A DNA stretch of 64,000 nucleotides from an uncultured Bacillales bacterium (GTDB lineage: Bacteria; Bacillota_I; Bacilli_A; RF39; UBA660), in assembly GCA_946410555.1 (NCBI GenBank), contig CAMKAT010000003.1, positions 5,007 through 69,006 on the forward strand, written 5' to 3'. The notes under the pieces are model-generated. The model was not told where the DNA came from. It made no database searches and saw only the letters and a list, made by a program, of their open reading frames with translations. Shown here in pieces: positions 47,568 through 58,956 of the stretch (position 1 is its first letter; each line of letters begins with the position of its first letter). Made by a program: the position numbers and the translations under genes.

Positions 47568-49697
47568 CTATACCCAGAATTCAAATATTTGTCTTATTTG
47601 ATAATAGAACATATATCTAGTAAGTGTTGTATCTGTAAGTAAGAAACAAATACTTGAAAGAATAATAGATATAAATATTATTCTTAATACAGATAATCTT
47701 AATTTACTCTTAGTTAATTCAGGTTCAAATTTAAATGTAGCTATGATTGTAGCAAAGTAAATCATGAAGCCAAAGTCTAATATATATCTAGGTAGGATAC
47801 CTGCCATTTCAGTATCAACTATTGCAATTATTAGTGAGAATACTAAGTACATAATACTTAATATGTATGGTAGTTTATTTCTAAATCTATTTTTAATCTT
47901 ATATAAGAATAAACTTAATATACATAATGCATTTGACCAGAAGAATCCAGCAGGCATTGTTTCATAAATAGTAGTTCCTATGTAATTAATAACTACATCT
48001 TTTCTTAAGATAAATGGGAACTTAACAGATAAAAGTGGTGCATTAACAAAGTAATAGAAAATACCACTTGGAATTCTACCCATTACCCATCCTCTCTTAG
48101 TCATATCATTTGTAGTTAAGTTATAGTTAGCTCCAAAGTCTGTTACTGAACCAAATCTTAAATAGTTATAAGCCATTAATAGTCCAGCTACTACTAAGTA
48201 AGGAAGTACAAATGCAAATACTTTCTTTAGATTCTCTTTCTTCATTAATTCTTTAACTTTATCCCAGAAGATTGGAATTGCTAAGAATGAAGTAAGTAGA
48301 AGTTGTGGTCTACATGCAGCAACTAATGCCATACATAAACTACCAAGTAGATAATATCTAGTTTTATTTGTTTCACGTGCTTTTAACCAAGCAATTAAAC
48401 CATATAAGCTAAACATTACTCCCATTAATATTGGTAAATAATAATGATCTGGTCTTCCATAAGTATGTAAGATTCCACATCCATTAACGAAACTTAAGAA
48501 TAGTATTATAAATAATCCTAAGTTAACATCATTCTTAAACCACATTTTAACTATACGTTTCATAAGCAAGAAGACTGCTAATGTACAAAGTAAACCAGTT
48601 ATAAATATACATGTACTTGTTTTAATATGTGTTTTAAATATTAAGTAATGAGGTAAATAATAGAAGATTACTGGAGCTACTCCAAAATAAACATAATACT
48701 TTCCTTTATAATAAGCACAATCCCAAAGATATTCTTCATCACTATCTTTGAAGATTGAATCTCTCTTATTAGTGTCATATGGATTCTTCATATTCTTTAG
48801 AAGTTCACTTGGTTCTTCTTCAAGATAAAGGTGTCCATGAGAAAAACTTTCAGCAAGGAACTTATATTGATCTCTTTGTCCTGTTTGAATACCAAAGTTT
48901 TCTTTAACAAAGTATCCATTTAAACTAAATGCAAATATAAATAATGCAAGTTGAGCTACTAACATACCAATTAAGTATTTCTTAGATTCTTTATCCCCTA
49001 GTTTAAGTTTCCAAATCTTTGCTTTAGGTCCAAATACAATCCATAATAAGAATACAAAATAAATGCTTAACATTCTAATTATAGAGAAATTAAAGTTATA
49101 TTTCTTATTAATTACAATCTTATTAATTGCAAAGTATTGATCATCTCCACCATTAAAGTAAATTCTTAATTTAGATGATTTACCAGCAAGATTAAAGTGC
49201 ATTATATCTCCAGTATCTTTAGATGCTAAGATAGATCTTGATTGAGTATATTTATACTTACTATTAGCAGCATCAGTATAACCAAAAGATACCCAGATAA
49301 CTTGATTCTTTAATTGATCACCTTTATATGTTCTTGAATCTAAATCAATATATACATCTTTGATTTCTTCATTCAAATCAATAACTTCAATACAATTTCT
49401 TGTTCCTTGAGCAATATTAATTGTACCTTCATCATCAATGTCTAATCCTTCACATAAAGTATAATCTTTATTAGTTATTACATGTTCTTCATAATTCATA
49501 GATTCATAGAATCTAAAATTAAATAAAGATGATTCTAATACTATTAGAACTATCCATACAATTAAACTATATTTTATAAATTTATTCTTTTTAAATCTAA
49601 CGTATAAGCATATATGAGTTAATAATATAATTAATGACACAATAATAGATATTATGTTCATAGGTAATCCAACCATAATTACACTACTCCTTTTCAT
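47568..49697 (-). CDS. Polytopic membrane protein, glycosyltransferase (GT39/GT-C)-like
   Basis: QRDQYKFLAESFSHGHLYLEEEPSELLKNMKNPYD...YLWDCAYYKGKYYVYFGVAPVIFYYLPHYL plus >10 TM segments, pattern of a common Firmicutes GT-C-like family. Confidence 0.75.
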   Translation of the reverse strand: MKRSSVIMVGLPMNIISIIVSLIILLTHICLYVRFKKNKFIKYSLIVWIVLIVLESSLFNFRFYESMNYEEHVITNKDYTLCEGLDIDDEGTINIAQGTRNCIEVIDLNEEIKDVYIDLDSRTYKGDQLKNQVIWVSFGYTDAANSKYKYTQSRSILASKDTGDIMHFNLAGKSSKLRIYFNGGDDQYFAINKIVINKKYNFNFSIIRMLSIYFVFLLWIVFGPKAKIWKLKLGDKESKKYLIGMLVAQLALFIFAFSLNGYFVKENFGIQTGQRDQYKFLAESFSHGHLYLEEEPSELLKNMKNPYDTNKRDSIFKDSDEEYLWDCAYYKGKYYVYFGVAPVIFYYLPHYLIFKTHIKTSTCIFITGLLCTLAVFLLMKRIVKMWFKNDVNLGLFIILFLSFVNGCGILHTYGRPDHYYLPILMGVMFSLYGLIAWLKARETNKTRYYLLGSLCMALVAACRPQLLLTSFLAIPIFWDKVKELMKKENLKKVFAFVLPYLVVAGLLMAYNYLRFGSVTDFGANYNLTTNDMTKRGWVMGRIPSGIFYYFVNAPLLSVKFPFILRKDVVINYIGTTIYETMPAGFFWSNALCILSLFLYKIKNRFRNKLPYILSIMYLVFSLIIAIVDTEMAGILPRYILDFGFMIYFATIIATFKFEPELTKSKLRLSVLRIIFISIILSSICFLLTDTTLTRYMFYYQIRQIFEFWV

Positions 49698-49735
49698 TTA
49701 AATTTTATCACTTAAACCTCACGTAAACAATTACT

Positions 49736-50569
49736 TTACATTGCATCTATTAAAATACCAAATAATACACCTGTTAAGTAAATGATAGAAATAATTGTTA
49801 AATTTTCTTTTAAATTCTTATTTTGTTTAAATAAAAGTAATATACCAATACCTGCCCCTGGAAGTAATCCAGCAAGTAAAGTTCCTATAGTAATTAAATT
49901 AGATAAATATACTTGAGTAAGAATTACAGATGCAGCACAGTTAGGAATAAGTCCAAATAAAGAAGCAACTAAATACTTAAATATATTTTTACCTAATAGC
50001 ATATTAGTTAATGCTGTTTCACCTATATAATCAATAAGTAAATTAATAGCAAAATTAGCACTAAGAATAAATAAAGTGATTTTTAAAGTATGAATTAAAC
50101 TAGACATTACTATTCCATGATGTTCACAATCACAATGGTCATGTTCACATAACTCATGTACATGTAACTTTTCTTTCTTAGGTTTAATGATTAAATCTAC
50201 AAGTAAACCTATAACTATGGCAATAACTAGTTTAAATAAAAGAATCATTCCTAATTCTTTAAAAGCAGTATGTTCGGATAACATAATTGGAAGCATCTCA
50301 TCACTTGTAGATAAGAAAACTGCAATTATAGTACCCATAGTAATTACTCTTGATGAATAAAGATTAGAAGCTACTGCACTAAATCCACATTGAGGAAATA
50401 CTCCTAAGAATGCTCCTAAGATTGGTCCAAACTTTTTATTTTCTGTTTTTTTATTCTTATTTACTTTATGTTCTATTAACTCTAGTAATATAAAAGTAAC
50501 AAATAAGAATGGTACTATATGTAATGTATCAATTATTGCATCTTTTAGACAATCTAACATAAAAATCAC
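49736..50569 (-). CDS. Putative manganese/metal efflux permease (ArsP_2/DUF2899-like) with His/Cys-rich loop
   Basis: GPILGAFLGVFPQCGFSAVASNLYSSRVITMGTIIAVFLSTSDEMLPIML...GLIPNCAASVILTQVYLSNLITIGTLLAGLLPGAGIG; loop HVHELCEHDHCDCEHHG. Confidence 0.85.
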   Translation of the reverse strand: MIFMLDCLKDAIIDTLHIVPFLFVTFILLELIEHKVNKNKKTENKKFGPILGAFLGVFPQCGFSAVASNLYSSRVITMGTIIAVFLSTSDEMLPIMLSEHTAFKELGMILLFKLVIAIVIGLLVDLIIKPKKEKLHVHELCEHDHCDCEHHGIVMSSLIHTLKITLFILSANFAINLLIDYIGETALTNMLLGKNIFKYLVASLFGLIPNCAASVILTQVYLSNLITIGTLLAGLLPGAGIGILLLFKQNKNLKENLTIISIIYLTGVLFGILIDAM

Positions 50570-50611
50570 CTCAAAACATATCGTTAAGATTATATAATAA
50601 AATACTCAAAT

Positions 50612-50642
50612 ACTCAATAAAAAAAGGACACTAGAATTAGTG
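50612..50642 (-). terminator. Intrinsic terminator
   Basis: minus strand: GGGCACTAATTCTAGTGTCCTTTTTTT. Confidence 0.7.
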
Positions 50643-51365
50643 CCCATAGTAATCTTTAGTAATAATTAAATCACAGCTTCTCTTTCTTATATCTTTAATA
50701 AGAGTCTTTTTTCTTTTAGATTCAGATTCATAATATTCAATAAAATCTGTTAAAGATTCACTATTATATAAACAATTTGCTAATTCAGTATCATAAGTTG
50801 CTATTTTATCAATTAGTCTTACTCCATATACTGAGCTTTTAATTATTTTTTTTATAAATCTTATATTATCTCTATATAATTCATCGCTTTCTTTATTATC
50901 TAAGAATGCTCCATTATCTAAATCTATTAATTTAAATCCGAGTTTTTCATTATACAGAATATTTCTATAATTATCATCTCTTAATATATACTTTTCTTCA
51001 CTAATCTTGTAAGTATCTTCTTCAAGTCTTTTTAAATCATCTATGAATTTAGAAGCGTTCACTCTTAAACTTAATCTATTTACATTTTTAGCTTTAATAT
51101 AATCCATACCATATCCAGCTAAGAAACCTCTATCATCAGTTATTTTAAACTTTGGTGTCACATATGAATTTAAGTTAATTCTTGATAAACGCTCTAATTG
51201 ATAGTCTATATCCATAGTATTAAATATTGCTGTCATTGTATTATTACATTTATATATCTTATAGGCATTCTTTTTATCATGATAAACATATGCTTGAGTT
51301 CCTTGATGAAAAAAAAGAGACAATCTTTTAATTTCACTTGATTTTATTGATTCCATATAAATCAC
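50637..51365 (-). CDS. Protein-kinase-fold-like protein
   Basis: FHQGTQAYVYHDKKNAYKIYK (Gly loop + VAIK-like), YILRDDNYRNILYNEKLGFKLIDLDNGAFLD (HRD/N and DFG-like positions). Confidence 0.65.
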   Translation of the reverse strand: MIYMESIKSSEIKRLSLFFHQGTQAYVYHDKKNAYKIYKCNNTMTAIFNTMDIDYQLERLSRINLNSYVTPKFKITDDRGFLAGYGMDYIKAKNVNRLSLRVNASKFIDDLKRLEEDTYKISEEKYILRDDNYRNILYNEKLGFKLIDLDNGAFLDNKESDELYRDNIRFIKKIIKSSVYGVRLIDKIATYDTELANCLYNSESLTDFIEYYESESKRKKTLIKDIRKRSCDLIITKDYYGH

Positions 51366-51409
51366 CTGGGTAATATTATAAAAAAATAAGAATAAAAGTC
51401 AATTTATTC

Positions 51410-52078
51410 TTATTTTACTGATCCAAATCTATTAAATGGTAATATTACGAATGAAGTAATTCCTTTGATATCCTTTTTACTAATAGTACCAATCATTCTT
51501 GAGTCTTTAGAGACTCCTCTATTATCACCCATTACATAATATTCGCCTTCTGGTACTGTTATTTCTTCTTCACATATATCAGTATTATCATACTTGCATG
51601 TGTTTATTCTAGCAGTATCAGTTATGAATTTTTCTTCAATTTCTTTACCATTAATTAATAAGTGAGCTACTCTTGAAGAACCATTGTCTTCAATCTTATA
51701 TTGAATTTTTTCTCCAGGTAAAGCAATTACTCTTTTAATAAGTTTACCTTCATCTGTATCAATAACTACGATATCAAATCTTTTAATTCCAACTGTTTTA
51801 AGTCTCAATTTATATAAAAGCATAATATCTTTATTATGTAATGTTGGATACATACTTTCTCCACTTACATCTACTGGAGTCATAATAAATGTTCTAATAA
51901 GTACAACAAATACAATAATAATTATATAAGGTACTAACTCTTTAAACATTTCTTTTTTAGCACTCTTAGTAGCTGCATCAATTTCTTCTTGAGTATACTT
52001 CTTTTTTTCAGGTATTTCTATTTTTTCTGTAGTTTCTTTTTCTACAGTTTTCTTCTTGTTTGCCATTTTAATCACCAT
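51410..52078 (-). CDS. lepB: Signal peptidase I
   Basis: VSGESMYPTLHNKDIMLLYK, IKRVIALPGEKI, YYVMGDNRGVSKDSRMIG. Confidence 0.93.
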   Translation of the reverse strand: MVIKMANKKKTVEKETTEKIEIPEKKKYTQEEIDAATKSAKKEMFKELVPYIIIIVFVVLIRTFIMTPVDVSGESMYPTLHNKDIMLLYKLRLKTVGIKRFDIVVIDTDEGKLIKRVIALPGEKIQYKIEDNGSSRVAHLLINGKEIEEKFITDTARINTCKYDNTDICEEEITVPEGEYYVMGDNRGVSKDSRMIGTISKKDIKGITSFVILPFNRFGSVK

Positions 52079-52178
52079 TAAAATTATATCATAAAATAAA
52101 TATGCAATAAATATAATTATCGTTTATAAAACCCACAGCTTTTATATAAAAATAACTAATAAAAAAAAGAAACTAATC

Positions 52179-52517
52179 TTAGTTTCTTTCTTTAACTTTG
52201 TATTCCCCAGACATCTTATCAATGAAGTTAAGTTTAGCTCTTCTAACATGTCCTTTTCTAGTTACAGTAATTTTGTCAACTAATGGTGAATTAACTTTGA
52301 AAATTCTCTTAACCCAAACGCTACCAGATTTTTTTCTTACAGTTACAGTAGCTCCGATTGATCCACCTTTCATTGATACTACTAATCCTTCGAAAGCTTG
52401 GATTCTTTCCTTGTTACCTTCTTTGATTTTGTAGTCTACTCTTACAGTATCTCCAACACGAAATTCAGGAATATCAGTTCTTACAGATTTAGCGTTTACT
52501 TTATCTACTAAATTCAT
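52179..52517 (-). CDS. rplS: 50S ribosomal protein L19
   Basis: FRVGDTVRVDYKIKEGNKERIQAFEGLVVSMKGG...TVTVRKKSGSVWVKRIFKVNSPLVDKITVTRKGHVRRAKLNF. Confidence 0.98.
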   Translation of the reverse strand: MNLVDKVNAKSVRTDIPEFRVGDTVRVDYKIKEGNKERIQAFEGLVVSMKGGSIGATVTVRKKSGSVWVKRIFKVNSPLVDKITVTRKGHVRRAKLNFIDKMSGEYKVKERN

Positions 52518-52600
52518 CTTAAAACCAATCCTTTCTAATAATATACACCCACAGAATCATAAGCATTTGCTCAGCGGATTAAGTTTAGCTTTTTCACAAA
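52518..52600 (-). promoter_or_regulatory. 5' leader of rplS; possible ribosomal-protein L19 leader
   Basis: 83-nt GC-richer leader TTTTGCTTTGTGAAAAAGCTAAACTTAATCCGCTGAGCAAATGCTTATGATTCTGTGGGTG... between predicted TSS and rplS; L19 leaders are known in Firmicutes, but covariance was not tested. Confidence 0.45.
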
Positions 52601-52606
52601 GCAAAA

Positions 52607-52637
52607 ATAGTATACCATGTATACTATCCTTTTGCAA
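52607..52637 (-). promoter_or_regulatory. sigma-A promoter of rplS with overlapping inverted repeat
   Basis: minus strand: TTGCAA-17-TATACT; ATAGTATAC ATG GTATACTAT perfect 9-bp inverted repeat over the -10. Confidence 0.8.
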
Positions 52638-52644
52638 GTCATAA

Positions 52645-53022
52645 TTATTTAGTTAACTTTTTAACGTGTTTATCAGCGTTATTTAAATCATTTTCTATAT
52701 GATATAGTTCTTCTCTTTTTTCAGGTAAATCCATTTCTATATCAGTTGCTTCATAAGCATTTTTTAATAGTCTTAAAGCACCACCGACAACACCAAATGC
52801 TAATGGAGGAGCCATTAGACTCATAGTTTCATCACTAAATTTTGAAATAGCACCAAGACAGATAACTCCGATTGAAGTAACCATAATTGCACCATCAATT
52901 ATGCATCTTTTTTCACAATCGTGTAGGTCTTTTTCATCACTTATAATTTCATTTTTCTTTAATACTTTTCTAAATAATGCATTATTTTTAAGTTTCATTG
53001 ATTCATTATATTCTTTATTCAT
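52645..53022 (-). CDS. Hypothetical protein, 125 aa
   Basis: Clean ORF with possible TM segments; no family recognised. Confidence 0.6.
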   Translation of the reverse strand: MNKEYNESMKLKNNALFRKVLKKNEIISDEKDLHDCEKRCIIDGAIMVTSIGVICLGAISKFSDETMSLMAPPLAFGVVGGALRLLKNAYEATDIEMDLPEKREELYHIENDLNNADKHVKKLTK

Positions 53023-53096
53023 AATTTTAACCTCTTTTCCGAAAGCAAATAAAATAATACCATAAAATCATTATTTTATCAAATTAAAGAAAGTGA

Positions 53097-54658
<1,562 letters not shown>

Positions 54659-54669
54659 TTATTTACTTA

Positions 54670-55698
54670 TTAATCTATGATTAACATTGCATCTCCAAAG
54701 GAGAAAAATCTAAACTTATTATCTACAGCATATTTATATGCATTCATAATATTTTCTTTACCTGCAAGTGCAGATACTAACATTACTAATGTACTCTTTG
54801 GTAAATGAAAATTAGTAATTAAATTATCTATTCCTTTGAATTCAAAACCAGGATAAATAAATATACTAGTTTCTGATACTTCTGGAGTAAATTCATCAAA
54901 TTTAGATCTATTAGTTTCAAGTACTCTTGTTGAAGTTGTTCCTACAGCAAATATCTTCCCACCATTTGCTCTTATTTTATTTAATTTCTCACAAGAATCT
55001 TTAGATAGTACATAAGACTCAGTATGCATTACATGTTTAGATACATCATCAACTTGAACTGGTCTAAATGTCCCTAACCCTACATTTAATGTAACTGGAA
55101 TAATTTCTATTCCTTTAGCTCTAACTTTATCTAGTAATTCTTCAGTAAAATGTAATCCAGCAGTTGGAGCAGCAGCAGATCCATAATTCTTAGCATAAAC
55201 TGTTTGATACATATCTTGATTATCTAGTTTTTCATGAATATATGGAGGAAGTGGCATTGTTCCAAGTCTTTCAAGGATTTCCATAAGAATTCCTTTATAT
55301 AAAAGTTTAACATGAGTAATACCATCAGGTAAGATTTCTGTTACTTCAGCTTTTAGCGATCCATCACCAAATGTAACAATAGTACCTATATGTAATCTCT
55401 TTTGTGGTTTAGATAAACATTCCCATTCATCTTTACCTAACTCTTTTAAAAGTAATAATTCTATTACTGCATGAGTATCAACTTTCTCACCAATTATTCT
55501 TGCTGGAATAACCTTAGTATCATTAATAACTAATGCATCTCCAGGATTTAAATAATCTATAATATCTGAGAATACTTTTTCTTCAATTTCACCAGTTTTT
55601 TTATGTAATACAAGTAGTCTTGCTTGGTCACGTTCTAAAAGAGGACTTTGGGCAATTAACTCTTCTGGTAAATAATAATCGAAATCATTAGTTCTCAT
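54670..55698 (-). CDS. queA: S-adenosylmethionine:tRNA ribosyltransferase-isomerase
   Basis: [31 protein letters not shown]...; start corrected from track (55755), because upstream residues are non-homologous and overlap the promoter. Confidence 0.97.
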   Translation of the reverse strand: MRTNDFDYYLPEELIAQSPLLERDQARLLVLHKKTGEIEEKVFSDIIDYLNPGDALVINDTKVIPARIIGEKVDTHAVIELLLLKELGKDEWECLSKPQKRLHIGTIVTFGDGSLKAEVTEILPDGITHVKLLYKGILMEILERLGTMPLPPYIHEKLDNQDMYQTVYAKNYGSAAAPTAGLHFTEELLDKVRAKGIEIIPVTLNVGLGTFRPVQVDDVSKHVMHTESYVLSKDSCEKLNKIRANGGKIFAVGTTSTRVLETNRSKFDEFTPEVSETSIFIYPGFEFKGIDNLITNFHLPKSTLVMLVSALAGKENIMNAYKYAVDNKFRFFSFGDAMLIID

Positions 55699-55726
55699 GT
55701 ATTTCACCTCTTTTTTCATCGTGTAT

Positions 55727-55755
55727 AGTATACAATAGTTGCCCGTTTTAATCAA
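55727..55755 (-). promoter_or_regulatory. sigma-A promoter of queA
   Basis: minus strand: TTGATT-17-TATACT; TGTATA G TATACA palindrome around the -10. Confidence 0.7.
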
Positions 55756-55769
55756 ATATGTTTAAGGAA

Positions 55770-55802
55770 AAATAAAAAGGAAATTTAATTCCTTTTTGCT
55801 TA
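55770..55802 (-). terminator. Intrinsic terminator downstream of ruvB
   Basis: minus strand: AAAAAGGAATTAAATTTCCTTTTTATT. Confidence 0.7.
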
Positions 55803-56801
55803 AAATAATCTATTATCACTTATACCAATATGTTTATAAGCTTTTTCTGTAGCTACTCTACCTCTAGGTGTTCTTTTTATGAATCCTTCTTGCATTAAGA
55901 ATGGTTCTACTACTTCTTCAAGTGTAGATATTTCTTCTCCGATTGCGCTTGAAATAGTTTCGACTCCGACTGGACCTCCATTGAATTTTTCGATAAGCGT
56001 AGAAAGGTATTCAATGTCTATTCTATCAAGTCCATATTCATCTACTTTTAATCTATTTAAACTCTTTTTAGTTACTTCATCATTTATTTCATCTAAACCA
56101 TCAACAAGAGCAAAGTCTCTTACTCTTTTGAATAACCTATTAGCTATTCTTGGTGTTTTTCTAGATCTTTTAGCTAGTTCTAAAGCTGCTGAATCAGTTA
56201 TTGGCATATCAAGTACTCTACTTGTTCTTTTAACAATACTACTTAATTCTTCATCAGTATAATATTCAAGTTTATTTACTATTCCAAATCTATCTCTTAA
56301 AGGACTTGAAACATCACCAGCACGAGTTGTTGCACCAACCAAAGTGAATGGTGGTAAATCTATTTTTATACTTCTTGATGAAGAATCAGAACCTACAACT
56401 ATATCAAGTTCAAAGTCTTCCATCGCAGGATAAAGCATTTCTTCAATAAACTTAGGAAGTCTATGTATTTCATCAATGAATAAGACATCCCCAGGTTCTA
56501 GAGTTGAAAGAACTGCTGCTAAGTCACCACTCTTTTCGATTGATGGGCCACTTGCTGTTTTAAAGTTAGCACCTAATTCATTTGCGATAATATGAGCAAG
56601 TGTTGTTTTACCTAATCCAGGAGGACCATATAATAAAACATGATCTAGAGATTCATCTCTCATCTTAGCAGCTTCAATAAAAACTCTTAGATTCTCTTTA
56701 ACTTCTTTTTGTCCAACATATTCATCTAATATTTGAGGTCTTATGTTAGATTCAAATATTTCATCATTTCTTTTAGTGTCATAAAGTTCATTGGATTTCA
56801 T
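55800..56801 (-). CDS. ruvB: Holliday junction branch migration DNA helicase RuvB
   Basis: [83 protein letters not shown]. Confidence 0.98.
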   Translation of the reverse strand: MKSNELYDTKRNDEIFESNIRPQILDEYVGQKEVKENLRVFIEAAKMRDESLDHVLLYGPPGLGKTTLAHIIANELGANFKTASGPSIEKSGDLAAVLSTLEPGDVLFIDEIHRLPKFIEEMLYPAMEDFELDIVVGSDSSSRSIKIDLPPFTLVGATTRAGDVSSPLRDRFGIVNKLEYYTDEELSSIVKRTSRVLDMPITDSAALELAKRSRKTPRIANRLFKRVRDFALVDGLDEINDEVTKKSLNRLKVDEYGLDRIDIEYLSTLIEKFNGGPVGVETISSAIGEEISTLEEVVEPFLMQEGFIKRTPRGRVATEKAYKHIGISDNRLF

Positions 56802-56812
56802 ATAACACCTCC

Positions 56813-57367
56813 TTATTTAAGCATTAATCTTAAAGCATCTTTTATTTGTTCTTCTAAACTCTTAGTGTAATCAATGTTAGGTAAAACTTTCTTAATTTCT
56901 GGCTTCTTATATCCTAAGTTATCTAATACTTCAACAAGTTCATTAGAACCAACTGATGCACTTTCATTACCAGAAACAGCAAGTTTACCTTTTAAGTCTA
57001 AGATAATTTGTCTTGCTAGTTTATCTCCTACCTTAGGGAACTTAGTTAAATATAAAACATTTTCTCTATCAATTGCATCTATGATTCCATCAGGTGAACC
57101 TGTTGCAAACATAGGAAGTGCAATCTTAGGACCTAATCCTTTAACATTAATAAGTTTTAAGAATAACTCTTTTTCTTCTTCAGTTTTAAAACCGAATAAA
57201 GCTTGTGAGTTTTCAGTTATATGATGATATAAATATACTTTATATTCTTTACCTATCTCAAAAGCATATGGATTTGATACATAAACATCATATCCAATAC
57301 CATTATTATCTACTACTATTAAAGCAGATGTTTGATCTACTATTGTACCTTTTATGTAATTATACAT
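56813..57367 (-). CDS. ruvA: Holliday junction DNA helicase RuvA
   Basis: [69 protein letters not shown]. Confidence 0.95.
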   Translation of the reverse strand: MYNYIKGTIVDQTSALIVVDNNGIGYDVYVSNPYAFEIGKEYKVYLYHHITENSQALFGFKTEEEKELFLKLINVKGLGPKIALPMFATGSPDGIIDAIDRENVLYLTKFPKVGDKLARQIILDLKGKLAVSGNESASVGSNELVEVLDNLGYKKPEIKKVLPNIDYTKSLEEQIKDALRLMLK

Positions 57368-57435
57368 ATAATCACCATCCTGAAATAATTATATCATACA
57401 TTCGTACGAATATATCTATTAATTTATTATTTTTC

Positions 57436-57475
57436 AAAAAAAATACTTGATAAAATCAAGTATTTTATATTTAAA
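57436..57475 (-). terminator. Intrinsic terminator downstream of 57484..58906 operon
   Basis: minus strand: TAAAATACTTGATTTTATCAAGTATTTTTTTTG. Confidence 0.8.
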
Positions 57476-57483
57476 GAAAAAAT

Positions 57484-58116
57484 CTATTCTTCCGTATAAT
57501 AAACCATTGCATGAATATCATCAGGAGACCATAAATGCCATTCACCACCATGTCTGGTTAGAGTATCATTTTCAGGATTATATGTATAAACCAATTTATT
57601 ATTAATAACCTTTTTAGTTTGTTTAGTTATTGTAGTACTACTGGCATTTTTCATTTCTAATATATCTCTTACTTCAATATCAGATTTAATAGTAATAACG
57701 TTATCCACTTCAGTGTATGAACAATTATTACCAATATAAAAATAATAAATACCCCGTTTAGTTTCATAATCTTGTAAATATACTCCTGAAAAATCTTTAA
57801 AATTTAAATAACACCAACCATTATCACCAAAAGTTATTTTACCAGATTTATAATTTGTAGTTTTTACAATTATAAATTCTTTATTTAAATATTTTCTTTG
57901 TTTTTTAGTTGTTGTCTCAGTGGTTTCAGTTGTACTTTCAGGATTAATACTAATGCGATTATTTTCTCTTTTATCAAAAGTTAATACTAATAATATTATT
58001 ATAATAAAAACAATTAATAAGCACTTAATAATTTTTTGAGAATTAAAATTATTACTATTTTTTATTTTTTTCTTAGTAGTCTTTTTAATATTCTTTTTAG
58101 TTTTCTTTTTAGTCAT
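57484..58116 (-). CDS. N-terminally membrane-anchored extracytoplasmic protein
   Basis: Lys-rich N-terminus, TM CLLIVFIIIILLVLTF, Thr-rich spacer, ~140 aa outside domain. Confidence 0.7.
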   Translation of the reverse strand: MTKKKTKKNIKKTTKKKIKNSNNFNSQKIIKCLLIVFIIIILLVLTFDKRENNRISINPESTTETTETTTKKQRKYLNKEFIIVKTTNYKSGKITFGDNGWCYLNFKDFSGVYLQDYETKRGIYYFYIGNNCSYTEVDNVITIKSDIEVRDILEMKNASSTTITKQTKKVINNKLVYTYNPENDTLTRHGGEWHLWSPDDIHAMVYYTEE

Positions 58117-58501
58117 TATTTTTCTCCTTTGTAAAACATTTAAAGGAAGAATTTAATTCATCATCTACTGTAACTTCACCATTTTCTACAATCTTCATTC
58201 TTTCCGCAATTATATAATAATCATAGTATCTAAAAGTTGTTTCAATTTCTGTAATATAGCCATTATTATTTCCGCTAATAGTACATAATATCTCGTTTCC
58301 TAATTTATATGTGCAATCGCTCTTTCTTATAGAATCAAATTTTTCAGAAATACACGCTTTATAGTCATATGGTAGATTTTTATTAAAAAACATATCATAA
58401 ACAACTATAGCTAAAAGTATAATAACGATAACTAGTAAAATAGATGATATAGGTAGTATATACTTATAAAGATTAAACTTCTTTTTATTCACTTTTTTCA
58501 T
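58109..58501 (-). CDS. Small membrane-anchored 4-Cys protein
   Basis: TM + YKACISEKFDSIRKSDCTYKLGNEILCTISGNNNGYITEIETTF...FKCF. Confidence 0.7.
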   Translation of the reverse strand: MKKVNKKKFNLYKYILPISSILLVIVIILLAIVVYDMFFNKNLPYDYKACISEKFDSIRKSDCTYKLGNEILCTISGNNNGYITEIETTFRYYDYYIIAERMKIVENGEVTVDDELNSSFKCFTKEKNND

Positions 58502-58519
58502 TTGACCTGATCACCAATA

Positions 58520-58906
58520 TTAATCACATAATACTTTCTCATTATAATAATATTCTTTATAAAGCACATCATTTATATATACTTCTAATTTTTCATATGC
58601 AATACCATTACCTACTGTTGTTTGAAATTTATTTCTATATCTTGTATTACCTGATACTCTTTCACAAATAATTATACCACCTGATTTACTACAGGATCCT
58701 AAATCCGACATCTTAAATTTACTCAAACATTTTATATAATCTGTAGAATTATCATCCGAATTAATTCCCATATGTAAAATACAAGGAATAGCAATGATAA
58801 AAATGATGCCACTTATAATTATACCAGTTAATTGCACGCCCAAATTATTGTTATTTTCACTGCTGTCATTTTGTTTTTTGGCGGTTTTTTTCTTCCCTTT
58901 ACTCAT
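58520..58906 (-). CDS. Small membrane-anchored 4-Cys protein (paralogue)
   Basis: TM + YIKCLSKFKMSDLGSCSKSGGIIICERVSGNTRYRNKFQTTV...VLCD; SD AGGAGAG. Confidence 0.7.
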   Translation of the reverse strand: MSKGKKKTAKKQNDSSENNNNLGVQLTGIIISGIIFIIAIPCILHMGINSDDNSTDYIKCLSKFKMSDLGSCSKSGGIIICERVSGNTRYRNKFQTTVGNGIAYEKLEVYINDVLYKEYYYNEKVLCD

Positions 58907-58928
58907 ATAAACACACTCTCCTAGTTGA

Positions 58929-58956
58929 ATAATAATACGACCCCCCCCTCTGTCAA
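58929..58956 (-). promoter_or_regulatory. Promoter with homopolymeric G8 tract in the spacer (candidate phase-variable)
   Basis: minus strand: TTGACA GAGGGGGGGGTCGTAT TATTAT; C8 on the plus strand at 58941-58948. Confidence 0.7.

Noticed and set aside
55721-55734. TGTATAGTATACA palindrome at queA as an operator shared with rplS
   Set aside because: A TATACT -10 box is itself close to palindromic; the similarity is limited to the -10 region, so no common regulator is claimed.
55699-55755. Track start of queA at 55755 ([20 protein letters not shown]...)
   Set aside because: QueA proteins begin at M(R/K)T(N/S)[13 protein letters not shown]; the extra codons overlap the -10/-35 promoter.
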